A stretch of 64,000 bases of DNA, taken from contig NMRA01000279.1 of the NCBI GenBank assembly GCA_002633005.1, positions 321,233 to 385,232 of the forward strand. The letters run 5' to 3'. The notes under the pieces are model-generated. The model saw only the letters and a list, made by a program, of their open reading frames with translations. It searched no databases and was not told the DNA's origin. This DNA is from Phoronis australis (taxonomy: Eukaryota > Animalia > Phoronida). Below, one piece after another: positions 25,401 to 39,800 of this stretch; position 1 is the first letter of the stretch, and every line of letters starts with the position of its first letter. Both the position numbers and the translations under genes were made by a program.

Positions 25401-28400
25401 TTGTATTTTTATTCTCTCTAGCATGGGTATTTACAATTTACACGACACAATAAACAATACAGNTTTCAGCTCAGTCTTGGCGAGAATCCTCTTTCATTTC
25501 ATGAGAATCACCGACTGCTGACTATTCAGTACATTTCTGACATTGCTGCACCCAAGGTAGTGGAGGGTAACATGCTATACTTGGTCATGCAACACTTACT
25601 TAATAGTTACATAGTCTTGCTCTAATTGAACTGTTACTATAGGCTGCAGAACAATTACCACAGAAAGGGACCTGCATTATTCTCCACAAAGCATTTATCC
25701 TGCAAATCATTCACTTAATCCATTAAGGGTTCCGTAATTGTCGGATTTAACCTTTCCCACATTTTGAGAACCAGTTTTCTCCACAGAATATCGGGCATCA
25801 GACTGGTTCTCATAATCAAGATATGAGCATGTTATATCTGACTATTGTCCATAGTAAGCGGGCCCTGTGCATGTTTGTAGTTCAGACTGCACGATAACTG
25901 TTTTTTGTGTGTGGCTCTATTGTGTTGGCAGAGAATGGGATAATTGAAACTTGCGCTTCAGTTCACAAAAATTTACTGGGGCTTTGGCTTAAATTTTCAC
26001 CTGTACGAGGATCCTCTTGAATTCTCTGCACCTAAGTATGGGAAAATAAGGGACTTTATGGTAAGCATTGTAGTCATGACTGACAAGATTGTCATGTAGA
26101 AAGTAAATAGTTTTCATTATCCACAGTAAGGGCTCTGCTCCATGGAAAGGTTTCGGTGTTCAGTCCTATTGGCATACAATGCATGTTGTGTAATTCCAAT
26201 TTCTGGGTGAATTTCTGTTGAGCATTAAATGCTTAAGTTCATCAAATCGCGACTACGACCAACATTTGCCAGCCTAATTTAAATCCTCTCAAGTTCTCTA
26301 AAACAGAGCAGCATAATTAGCAAAATAAGGTTTTTATACTGAAATTATCACAAACATGGCAGTCATCACTGACAAGATTTTGTGTCATTCTTTCCTTTTT
26401 AGCTTGAACTTGATGGAGAGTTGGTCTCAAGGTCAGAGTTGAAAGTAAGTACTCTAAATGTTCGATGATATGTTCACAAAATTTCTTTGTAGGAAATAAC
26501 ATTGAAATGTATCACCTGAGTCGAGTTCAATAATTCTAGGACCTCGTTAGAAAAGCAAGTTCTCACCAAATTCCACTAGATATCGCCTTATGTTTTCAAT
26601 GATTGCACATGATTTTGACTAGATTTTTCTCACTGTGAGATAGCTATTCAACTCTAACGTGATCTTCTCACTTCAGTATATATCGAGGTCGCGACTGACT
26701 TCGTCAGCTGATCACCGTGAAATGCGCACAAGCAGCATGTCATCTGCTTCGGTCAATGTGTCGTCTGCTTACAAGTTTGAGAATTCTGAGGAGATCGCCA
26801 CGTCACTTCGCACCAGGAAGAAGAAGAAATCACACTTGATTCATCGTAAAATCATCGCCGATCTGACTGATGACACAACTCAGTCGAGTCACGAGAGTTC
26901 ACGAGGTCAGTTTGTAGTGAGCACAGGACACGCATTTTTGTCTGCTTGTTTTTGTGTTCGTTTTCTAGTCATGGTACTGTTTAGTGATTCATTTTGTGCT
27001 GAACGAGAGTCCAGCATGTTACATGTCATGTAATAACTGGCTACCAATGAATGTTNTTCCAAAAAGTTTGTAGATATGTTCACATGTAACATTAACATAA
27101 TTTATGAACCCCTTCTATCCAGGCCTAGAAGCGCTGTCAAGCCTTGAAGAGCTGGACCTTTCCTTCAACTCTCTAGCTGAGCACGGTCAGCTGCAGCCAT
27201 TGTGCTCACTGAATCAACTACGCTGGGTGAGTCTTGTAGAATTATTAGCAGTGGTTCGGGTGTGCGTACGTACTATGTGCTCGGTTGTAATGTTGATTTT
27301 CATGCGTGTCTTGCTTGGGGTCACTTCTATTCAATCAGTATCTTCAGCTACGTGGTTCATGTACTTTAGGGTCAAACTTGGAAGCCCAAAGAATGTACCC
27401 AGTACCCAGGAAGTACCTAGAAATCAAACCTTAGGATTCCTAGCAATCCAATCGTTAGGCGACTTTTTGTCCCCTCTCTCCTGGTCTCATGTAGCAAGAA
27501 ATGAAACCAGTGCTGAGATACCAACAAAATCTCATTTGAATATTGATGCATCAACATTAATGGTTTGAACTGGATTCTGGTAAGATACAAATATTCTTTT
27601 TTATAATACCATAATTCTGTGATGTCAGAGTTATAAAGCGTGTTTCAAACCTTAATATGATGCTTTCCATTTCAGCTCAGTCTTGGCGAGAATCCTCTTT
27701 CATTTCATGAGAATCACCGACTGCTGACTATTCAGTACATTTCTGACATTGCTGCACCCAAGGTAATGGAGGGTAACATGCAATACTTGGTCATGCAACA
27801 CTTACTTAATAGTTACATAGTCTTGCTGTAATTGAACTGTTACTATAGGCTGCAGAACAATTACCACAGAAAGGGACCCGCACTATTCTCCACAAAGCAT
27901 TTACCTCGCAGATCATTCACTTCCATTAAGAAGTGCACATGGTAAGGGTTCCGTAATAGCCGGACTTAACCTTTCCCACATTTTGAGAACCAGTTTTCTC
28001 TACTGAATATCGGGCATCAAACTGGTTCTCAGAATCAAGATTTGAGCATGTTATATCTGACTATTGTCCATAGTATGCGTGCCTGTGCATGTTTGTAGTT
28101 CAGGCTGCATGATAACTGTTTTTTGTGTGTGGCTCTATTGTGTTCGCAGAGAATGGGATAATTGAAACATGCGCTTCAGTTCACAAATTTACTTGGCTTT
28201 GGCTTGAATTTTCACCTGTACCAGGATCCGCTTGAATTCTCAGCACCTAAGTATGGGAAAATAAGGGACTTTATGATAAGCACTGTAGTCATGACTGACA
28301 AGATTGTCATGTAGAAAGTATATAATTTTCATTATCCACAGTAAGGGTTCTGCTCCATGGAAAGGTTTCGGTGCTCAGTCCTATTGGCATACAATGCATG

Positions 28401-30795
28401 TTGTGTAATTCCAATTTCTGGTTAAAGTTCTGTTGAGCATTAAATGCTTATAAGTTCATCAAATCACGACTATGACCAACATTTGCCAGCCTAATTTAAA
28501 TACTCTCAAGTTCTCTAAAACAGAGCAGCTTAATTAGCAAAATAAGGTCTTTACATTGAAATTATCACAAACATGGCAGTCATCACTGACAAGATTTTGT
28601 GCCATTCTTTCCTTTTAAGCTTGAACTTGATGGAGAGTTGGTCTCAAGGTCAGAGTTGAAAGTAAGTACTCTAAATGTTTGATGATATGTTCACAAAATT
28701 TCTTAGTAGGAAATAACATTGAAATGCATCACCTGAGTCGAGTTCAATAATTCTAGGACCTCGTTAGAAAAGCAAGTTCTCACCAAATTCCACTAGATAT
28801 CGCCTTATGTTTTCAATGATTGCACATGATTTTGACTAGATTTTTCTCACTGTGAGATAGCTTTTCAACTCTAACGTGATCTTCTCACTTCAGTATATAT
28901 CGAGGTCGCGACTGACTTCGTCAGCTGATCACCGTGAGATGCGCACAAGCAGCATGTCATCTGCTTCGGTCAATGTGTCGTCTGCTTACAAGTTTGAGAA
29001 TTCTGAGGAGATCGCCACGTCACTTCGCACCAGGAAGAAGAAGAAATCACACTTGATTCATCGTAAAATCATCGCCGATCTGACTGATGACACAACTCAG
29101 TCGAGTCACGAGAGTTCACGAGGTCAGTTTGTAGTGAGCACAGGACACGCATTTTTGTCTGCTTGTTTTTGTGTTCGTTTTCTAGTCATGGTACTGTTTA
29201 GTGATTCATTTTGTGCTGAACGAGAGTCCAGCATGTTACATGTCATGTAATAACTGGCTACCAATGAATTTTGAATGTTCATAGTATCGTTGCCAGGATT
29301 TGTACACCATCAAAGCTACTCTCTGTCTCCATTCAAGTCATTGATTTTGCACAATTGATTTATAATGAACCTAAAAAAATGATCACTGTTTTATAAGACG
29401 CTGGTGTGCAGCAGGGTAGTTATTACAGCTCTTGTCCACTTTTTATGCATCCCTTAGTTTTGAATTCTCAACTGCCAAAAGGCCTATTAAATCTGTGCTG
29501 GGTTACATTAAGATTCCGGAGTTATCTGCATCTAAAGTTTACTCGTCGTACGATTACCAATTGTAATGTTTGTGAGGCTAAGCTATTTTTTTTTCACACG
29601 GTGCACCTTGTATGCAACTCGTTGCTGGTGATTGTCTAAACTGTAATGCAACTGGTCCAGGCTGTTATTCATTCTCAGCGTTTCTTAATTTCGTAGCCTC
29701 CACACCACCCCTTGATCTTCCCAATGTTGAGGAGACTCGCCGCCAGATGGAGCTGGCGCGTGAACATCAGAAGGAGTATTGGCTGCATTCCTTGAACAAA
29801 CAACATAACAGCAATCTGCTGGACATTAGTAATGAGACTGAGGATGACATCTATCTGAATGAAAAGGACACTGCACTGGACACTGGTGAGAAGGAGAGGC
29901 TCACTCAGGTGAGTTGGAGACAATTTAGGAAAGCATGCACATCCCAGGATGTAGATTTGTGGGATGCAAGTCATCCAATAAGGGATCCAGAAAATGTCAT
30001 GTTGGCAATCATCTGCTCAGTAACCTTGTGGATGATTTTGGGTAAATCCTTCCTGTATCCTGCTTTGGATGATTGCTGTGTTCCACAATCCTTTGTGTAT
30101 GTGACATCTATGCTGTTCGTAAACGGAACAGTTGTCTGCTTTTCAGTGAGAACTGCATTAATTAGCTTTTGATTGGCTTCATTAACATTATTTATCCTCT
30201 GTCTGTTCATACTTTATAAAATAATGTAAACTCCAGGAGACTGTGCAAGACTTAAATTGTTTGTGAGTCATGTGACTTAGTCATTTCAGGTCATTATCCT
30301 AGGCTGGTGCTTATTTTCACCCAAGTCTATTGAAGTTTGAGTCATCAGCTGTAGTCAGGCACTGCTGTATTCTTGTTGGCGTACGGTTATTGGTCACAAG
30401 ATGGCGCAAGTTTCTTTTTTATTTCACATTTAGGAGGTAATCGTAAGCTGTGAGTACATGTGCTTCAATCTTTCTTAGACGAAAGCAGATGTTCATGAAA
30501 CAAAGACTTCTGATGAAGATGCAACATTGAAAACCGTGTTGACAGCATCTGAGTCAGACACATTGACAGAGAATGGAGTGAGGTTTGTGGGAGTGGAAGA
30601 AAGTTTGGGTGAAAGTGAACATGGCAGGGAAGAACAATTGGAGAAAATTTTCAAGACGCGGAAAGATAATGACCTCTGGAGGACTATGTCAGAACAACTG
30701 ACATCGGCAGGTAAGCCTGTCTGCTGTCAAACAAAGAACTTCCATTAATAGACACGTGTGTGAATTAACACACACACATACGCGCATGCACACAC

Positions 30796-30835
<40 letters not shown>

Positions 30836-33800
30836 TCACACTTTCTTGGCTTCCATTATTCTAGGAGCTTAGTAGCGAACTTACTTTTTTTTGGCAGTGA
30901 ACTACTTGACTTACGTTTTGCTACAGGCTTAGTAGCAAACTACTTGACTCACAATGGCTGATAAGTTTACTAATTGACTTAATATGTTTTATTAACGGCT
31001 TAGTAGTTTACTACTTGGCTTATGTTTAACTAGAGGTAGTTCATTACTTGACTTACATTTTACTAGTTGCTTAGTAGTGAACTTGCTTTTTTCTATTGGC
31101 TTGGTAGTGAACTACTTGACTTGCGTTTTGCTACAGGCTTAGTTGCGAACTACTTGACTTACATTTTACTTATGGCTGATAAGTTCACTAATTGAGTTAA
31201 TATGTTTATTAATGGCTTAGTAGTTTACTACTCGGCTTACATTTAACTAGATACTTAGTAGTTTATTACTTGACATACAGTTTACTAGTGGCTTAGTTGT
31301 TTACTACTTGACTTATATTTCACTAACTGCTTAGTAGTGAACTATTTGACTTAAATTTTACTAATGGCTTAGTAGTTTACTACTTGACTTATGTTTTACA
31401 AGTGTCTTGGTAGTAAGTGAACTACTTGTCATGTCTGTCTATTTATATCTGATTTTAGGAGGAGTTCGAGAGAATATTCTACTCCTCTTATAACTGTAAC
31501 AGTTCTCTTGCTTTAAATTGTGATTTTTGAAGAAGTTCCCTAAAACACAAGTTTTAAGTTAATACTTTCATTTTTTGTTATCTTGAGGTATCCTAGCATG
31601 AAGCTAGCAGAATTAGCTACTAAGTGTGAAAAGAATGTTTTATCTCATGTTGTCATTTTCGTATACCTTCAGAGGACCATGATGATGACATCAGCGATCC
31701 GTTCATTGCGATGTTACCCAACTCTGATAACAAACAGCTGATCATTACGGTCGGCAAGCGTTTTATACATGAGAAGAACATTGAGTGTATGCCTTTGGAT
31801 ATACTGGACCTCTCCTGTCTATTGTCTGCCACCACTTCTGAGCAGGTTAGAATGCATTTCTCTACCTTCACTAAATCGTTTTGTATTATGTACATAACCT
31901 GGATTCTCTGAAAGAATCTGCATTGAATGTGGAATTTGACTTGTAAACAAGCCACACCTGTCCAAGGATGAATTTTAAATGACTGGCTAAACAGTTGTTT
32001 TTTCAAATAATGGGGTTTCATAATGAACAGAGATAGATTAAGACGCAAGTTATACATTTGTATTTAGGCGCATTCGCCTATTGCTCTGTGTTGTTTTGTA
32101 CTGCCTATTCATATTTTAGAATTTTCTGCACTATTTTCCTTTGTTTTCTAGAAAGTAGTGACAGCAAACACTGTTGTGTCTGTCAAAATGCCTGTGGTCC
32201 ACTTGACTTTTGATTATGTGAAAAGAGACAGAAGGGAGCGCCACTATGTAATGGAGGATCAGGAAAATTTAAATGTAAGCATGACACTGGGTATTGATGC
32301 TGATTGGTGCTGTTTTGGGAACACAGCCCTGGTGTGGCAGTCATGGCCCATGTTCTTTGCAAACTGCTCTTATTCCTGTCTCGGTCACCACCAATGTGAC
32401 CCCCCCTTGTTGAAAACTGCTGCTTGGGTTACGCTAATGTGTGCCATTTGGTTGATACAGAATGCCAGTCACATTTAATTTGTGTTCAGAAATCACTCGA
32501 CACCTTGCGGTATTTATTTCAATAACCACACAAAATGTTAAGTCATACTCTCACAAAAGGTAATGATTTATTTTTGTGGACTCCTGAACATTGTCAGTTG
32601 GTGAAAAATTATCCTATTCAATGGCTTTGCCATCAGATTTCAAGATATTCTGACAAGAACTTGAAAGTTCACTTCCGGGTCAGTTTTGTCATGAATAAAA
32701 ACACGGTAGTGTGTTTGACATATGTGACAACTTTAGATGCAAAGGAATACCGAACAACCGCACTTCATGGATGCATATTTATTGAAATCTCAGATATAAT
32801 ATTGTAGCGCACTGCTTGGCTTGCCTTGTGGCATTTGAATTTTTTGTGCGGCAATGCTGCAAAGTCACAGTCAAGTTACTGTTGGGCTTAGACAACAACT
32901 TTTTATTGCATGTGTTACGAGAAAGCAATCAAAAGTAGATTATTGGGTCACAATGCTTCATATCTGTAGCTTATCTGGTAAAACCACAGTATGCAAAGCT
33001 GTTTTGCAACCATCATTTTGTCGAGTCTGCCTCAAGTCAACAGTCATTTTTTCAAGTTCACCTCAGTCATTAGTTCATTTCTTAAGTCTGAAATCAACTT
33101 TATTGGTGGAAGTCTATCTCGGTGCGTTCTACTTCCAGAGGTTCTTAGAGCTCATACAGCCTGCTCTGGACGCCCGGTCATTGTCTGAGACACTCAAAGA
33201 TAGACAGCAGGTATGGTCATAGTATATTGTCATATGGTCATAGTATATTGTCATAGACAAACTAGTCACTCCTAAGGAAAATAATTATGTTCTAGTGTTC
33301 AGTCTGGTAAATAATTGGTCTTTAATGTGCAAGTCACAACAGGAGTGAGCGCAGTGACTGATCTGAATATTGATTTAAAGAAAGTGAAAATTGTACTTTA
33401 TACAATGAAATTCATCTTAACTGTCATTACTGTGCTGATTCAGTCAGGTGTACTGTGTTGACCTTCATCTGTGGGAATAAGAAGACACACAATAAATTGG
33501 TTAAGTCAGCAATTGTATTTTTGTCATATCAGCATGAATTTGATGTAAAACGCACAGGACAGTGTCATGTTTTTACACCTTTGGCCTTGACTTGTCTTGT
33601 GCGTTTTACATCAAATGCATGTTTATAGGGCTGATTTAACCAATTTTTTGTTGATGTCTTCTTATTGTTTGCCTGTTGTGTTGCACAGTATGATGTGTTT
33701 CCACAAAGCTCCCCATTTGTTGTAGTGTTTCAAGTGTTCTCGAGTGTTTGACAAAAGTGAGGCATCTGTCAGGGTGTTAGAGATGTCATTGTCGACTCAT

Positions 33801-36800
33801 GGAAAGTCGTCATCGTTACCGCGGAAGTACAAGGGTTTGAAAGGTATGGCCATATGTTGTACTCAGCATTTAACTTAATTCTAGTACACAGTGGACAATC
33901 TTCACACTTGAGAGCCTGCTCTTTTCTCATTAATAAACAGTGCTCTTTTCTCATTAATACTGCTCTTTTCTTATTAATACTGCTCTTTTGTCATTAATAT
34001 TGCTCTTTTGTCATTAATATTGCTCTTTTGTCATTAATACTGCTCTTTTCTCATTAATACTGCTCTTTTGTCATTAATATTGCTGTTTTGTCATTAATAC
34101 TGCTCTTTTCTCATTAATACTGCTCTTTTCTCATTAATACTGTTCTTTTCTTACAAGCTGACCTTTTCTTGTAACCTCATACGTTGCTGCAGTTCTTTTC
34201 ATGGCTCACAGGAGGCACTGTGAGTGTTTGATACTTACTACACAGCACATGTGTAATACACCATATTAAGCCTGTCTGTACACTACAACTGATAACTTGT
34301 GTGGTTTATGAGAAAAGTATTATGGTGGAGAGAGAAGAATTGCGGTATATGAGGAAAGAACACTGTAAGTTGGGAGACCAGGACTGCAGCTCGTGAGTAA
34401 GCAAGTTTATTTATAAAAGAATGAAAACGGATCTTAAATTTTGACATTGAAGGGTTACTATGCAAGATTGGCAGCATCATACCATCATTATTATTCTTGT
34501 CATGATATTTATTATTATCATCATTTTGGACGTGGAGGGGGTAACTAGTTTGCATAAGCAGCATTTACACGGGAGACAGTTTGTTGTCACGGAGCAAGTG
34601 ACATGGAAAGGCTGATCAGGCACAAAAAATGTGTAAACATGACTGACACGCAGCAAGTTGACACTGCGGCAGCCATTTTTGACACAGGTTTGAGACTAGG
34701 TAGAGCAAGTTGCACTCGATCAGTTGCTCCTGTTTCAACTACACAAAAAACAGACTGGTGCAAGGCAGAAGGGCTCATCTCTGTTAGTTTAGGGTAATAG
34801 CCTACATGATTTGGACATTTGCTGTTCTTTATGCAAGCATACAGGACAGTCTGCGTGTAAATGACTCGTGCTGATCTACATTTGCTATTTGTTGTCATGT
34901 AAGTGTGACTAAAGTGGAGCAAGTCGCACTGTGACTACTCGCACCATGACAACGGTTCCGCGTGTAAAAACAGCTTTAGTGGCTTATAAGTTTTCAGATA
35001 GTTGGACATCATGTGTGCCATTCACACAAAACAGGCCTTTTGAAGGCCCTGGCTAACGTTGATTTTTGGATGTTTCGTCTTTTCTGACGTGCCTTGGGGG
35101 CAATTTTGCCTTAAGTTTTTGCATCTGTATTGCCTTAATCCTTTGAAATATCTTTGCGAAATTTGGCAGATGGTGCACTATAGAGGTGGCAACAGATGAT
35201 GATGAGTTTCAGACTAATCTGTCTATAGCTGTGCCCCCTAGTGTCAATTGTTTTAACGCTTGCCTCTATGTCTGAGGAATTCCCTGGCTTATTGTCACGA
35301 AATTTGACAAATAGTTGTGTATTACAGAGATGATGCCACCTTCTCAATTCGGATGAACTTGACGCATTCTGCCCCATCTAATGGACATTTTTACGATACT
35401 AAAAACATCCACAGAAGCGCACCGTTTGTGGTGCTGTCGGGGATGCATTTCAAAGCTTTGCATTGCTCTTGTTTAACGTCGAGTCAGTGGTGAGGTATTT
35501 ACTGAGCTGCTTATTTTTTTAAAAAAGAAAATCCACTGAAGACGAGCAAAAATGATGCTGGATTTGTTTTTCTTCTTACTCATCTCTTATCAAGTAATGT
35601 TTCAAGCCTTGCTTACCCTTGCTTACCCTTGCTTACCCTTGCTTACATGTCTTTGTGTGGCTTCTCTAAAATGCTTAGATGAAAGCTCGGCTGAAATTGA
35701 TGGAGGCCTTTTTGTTGTCAGGTCTCAAAATGAATTGGGAAGGTAAAGACTAGAACCAACTTTGCTTTTTTGGCGTAATAATAAAAATACAGGACAACGT
35801 TAAAGATATTATGTAATTTAAAAGTTTTCTTTTTACTTGTAGGAGATCTGCAGGAGCAGTCGATATGCCCCTACTGTAAGTCCAGTATGGTGGTCGCAGT
35901 TGATGATGACCTGGTGTCAAGGGCCAAGAGTTCAAACTCTAACTCACCTCTGGGGTCTTTATCCTCATCTTCCAGTCTCACTCCTCTAGCGACCTCGTCA
36001 ACTGTCAATACACCTGTGAAGAAGGAAGAGAATAGGTGAGTCAGACAACAAGGGGGCATGTGTGTTGTCTGGCACGGGGCTTCCAATAAGTGAGTCAGAC
36101 AACAAGAGAACATGTTTGTTGTTTGGCACGGGGCTCCCAATAAGTGAGTCAGACAACAAGAGAACATGTGTGTTGTCTGGCAGATGGTTCCAGTAAGCGA
36201 GTCAGACAACAAGGGAACATGTCGATTTCTAGGTCGGCTGGACTAATGAAACACCCTCTGTTGGCCATTTTAGTTTTCGACAAGGTTATATTTGCCTGTT
36301 AATTATTGTCAAGTGGCTTGATAGATGAATATTGACACCAGGTTTTATAACTGGGCTGTGCCAACGCTAGTCAAATATCAGCTTTTATATCATATTAACC
36401 AAGGAAGTCCAATTGTGTAACATAAAACTTAGCAAACACCCCGGAATTGTGTACTGTTTGTGCTGCAGTTGTATATCAGTGCACTGTGTTGCTCTTGTTA
36501 TCAGTGTCTGTGACAGTTTTGGGCTGAATTCTGTAGACTCAAGACATTACCTTGCACTTGCACCGAAAACAGTTTGCGTATGGATCATCAACGGCAAATT
36601 CTTTTCCATAATTTACGATTATTCAATATTCCGACCTTACCAACCAATCACTTCAGTGGCCGCTATTTTGGGTTTTGCAAACCAGGAAGGTCTCGGGCGT
36701 ATTTGCAAAATGCTTGCCTTATTGTCGCGTGATTTTGTGAGCTCTTGCTTAGTGTACGGAACACTTTCCCATTTTAATGCTTTGTGCAGTGCACTCATTT

Positions 36801-39800
36801 TGTACGCGTTATTTATTTTGGTTCCAGAGAGGAGCAGCACCTGAGTGTACTGAAGCCTTTTGAGGCAAGAGGTAAATGTACTGAAGAGCGTTCGATTTGA
36901 ATCATTCTGTTATGGTTTAAACTTAGATTTTGAAACATCTTTCAAAGTCAGAGGAGGTCGTAACCTTTATGATGTGGGATTTTTATGGAGATTTTTACTT
37001 TTCCTCTGTGCATGTGTGTGTACATAAGGATTAGATAACTCAAATATTTTGGATGGATTTTCATTTTTTTTTAGTGAAATCAATGTTCTCTTACAAAAGT
37101 GCATTGAACTGGGTGTGACTCACGTGTCCTCTTATTTCACATAAATTGCACTCTTGGTGCTTAGCGGGATACCTTTCTGGGGTCTTACTGGTTGATAGTG
37201 GGCAGTGATCTGTTGGAAAGTATTTCAAGTGCTTGAAGGGATACCAAACCAGTTTCAGTTTGTTCACAGATATTGAGAACGACGTTCCGTATCCAATTCT
37301 TTGAAACAAAGTGATGCTCTGTAACACTCGACAACATTCAAAAGTTTGGAGCAAAATTTTAAAACTCCTTACAAAGTCTGCGAAACTTGCAAGCGGACCT
37401 ACGCTTTAGGCGAGTTACACAACGACTGTAGGGAAAGACCACCCTCTAAGAAGTGTAACATCCAATTTGTGACTCAGTGAGTGTGAAATTTTACTTGAAT
37501 CCTGCTGTTATCACTTAAGTGGGACGCCAGTGATTCATTACCAGGTGTCCGAGTGAGAATTGGTTGAAATAATTAAAACAGAGCTTAGTATGCTGTTAAT
37601 TATAACATTAATATTATGAATTCAGTAAATTAATCTACAAGATTTATCAAATCCTGATATGTATCTTACTTGATCACTTTTCAGTAAAAGCTGCTTATGA
37701 TACATTGTCTCAGGACTCGAGTGATGACCAGGTTCAGAGAGACAGCTATCGAAGGCGCAGCCCAGCATTTGTTGGCGTCAAAGAGTTCAGGCATTCTCGA
37801 AACCTGTCAGACAGTGACATCTCTCTGGTTGACAGTCCGAGTCAAACGAACGTACAAAAGTCAGTCAAAGACCATATAGATGGGTCACATGAGGCACGCG
37901 AAGATATCAGTCAAAGTTCCAGTGTAGAAGTCTCGTTAAAAATAGAGTCAAGTTCTGATGACCCGCAGCGCTCTAATTCCGCAACCCCATCCTTGACTAC
38001 CAGCACTTGTTCAGACATGGTGCGTAGTGTGTACGAGAACAGTATGAGCACGTCTGGGTCCAGTCATAGCTTGATAGGTAGTTCAGGGGAGCAAGTTTCA
38101 ACACATAGGCCATTGTGCCGCACGGACTTTCATAGTGTTTTGGAGAGTGACCAATCAGGTGTGGATGGTCATGATCTTGTCTCAGCTACTGTGCCATTTA
38201 AATCCCAGGTCCTGTTCAGCATAGGTACACCGGTGGACGAAAAGCCTGTTGTGGACGTGGATGAGGTTAGCTTTAAGAGTGTTGAGCAATCTTCATTCAT
38301 TCCGTTGTTGGAATCTTCATCAGAGTTCCATGAGGTCAAGGAAGGGTCTGCGGTCCTCAACTCGTATCTTCAAGAGACGATAAATAAACTTGCGACAGAA
38401 GAGTTGAAGAATTTCAACTCGGCTACCGAAGTTCAGACGCAGATATCAATGGAGGATGAACCTGGCAAACTCAGGTTTAACTACGATAATTTCAATGATG
38501 TAGACCACAGACTAAAGCTCCATCTGGTGATGAATTTGTTTGATGAAGAGGAAGATGTTCAACTTCTCCTAAAGGTTTGACAAAATTGTTCATAAATAAT
38601 TCACTCAACTAGATCAGATTACTACTCGTTTGGCTTAAGAGCAGGGCTTCCTCACTTAAAAGATCATTATGGTGGCCGTCATTGTTGACCTCTTTCAACG
38701 CAGGAATGTCGATGTGTGACTTCTGTAAATAATCCGGCAGATCGCAACACAACTTGCAAACAGCAGTGTTGATAAGACATAGCTTGCCCTAGACCTTTAA
38801 TGGAAAACAATAAAACAACCACTTAATGTAAAGTTTATTGTCAGATTCTAATTATTGGCATAAAAAAGTCAGTTAAGAATGATTTTAAGTGTAAAAATAC
38901 GCCCACAGTTTCAGAATTATTATTTTTTAGAAAAACATTGGAAACATTACAGTGAAAATGTCGACTTCTTTGGAAATTAAGAAGGTATCAAAGTAGTTTT
39001 TAAGGAAAACACTTTCCTTAGAAAATTTGGTATTATCTCAACCCATTTAGAGTACATGGCAAAAGTAATGACACATAATTCTATTTCCTTGTCAATACAG
39101 GTAGTCCTGTTAACTGCATAAATGTTTGATAATTATTATTGTGGAGACAAAAATTTAATCGCATAATTGACCCATTTAACTTTTTATAGTTGCTCTTCAT
39201 TCTTGGTTATGAAGAAAGGTTGCTCTGACATTGAACTCAGCTACTGCCCTGCCATCTTGTGGTGGGGGATTGTGGATCATTTTGTCTGAATACTATTGGC
39301 ATATGCCGTTAACTTTGGCTGGTTTCTGACCAGTGTCAGTGTTTCATCAGATCTATATTCAGTTTAAATGATGGAATTTTTACTTTTGTTACGTCGTTCT
39401 GTTTAATTAATGTGATGACTGTGTTTCAGTGTGGCGTAGTTCAGTACATGCAACCTGATGAGTTTGTGGGTATACTAGTCGTCTCTACAAGCAAGATATA
39501 TGTGCTGAAAATAATCGGTCAGGAGAGGTATGTGGAGGGTGTTATGGCTTTAAAAATTTATGTGCGATAACAGGATATCAGTCAGTTGAATGTGAGTGTG
39601 AACTTTACTCAGCAGACATATTTTACATCACTGTGGAATTCAAAGTATATATACTGATTAGTGTCTGGCTGTGTAAGATATCCTCTGAATTGTGGTTACT
39701 CTACACATTATATTGTTTTGTTACCTCGTGTTTAGCCATTCAGTGTGTTAGTTAAATTACACTTTATTTGTCTATCCACGCTCTCAAATTAGTTCACCGA

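Noticed and set aside
25470-26905. Mutually exclusive or tandemly duplicated functional STK11IP exons
   Set aside because: Wrong order, incompatible phase and bounded by Ns; an assembly artefact is more parsimonious.
35679-35742. Possible extra STK11IP exon ending in AAG|gtaaag
   Set aside because: With the obvious acceptor it breaks frame; flanking exons already join in phase; no homology support.
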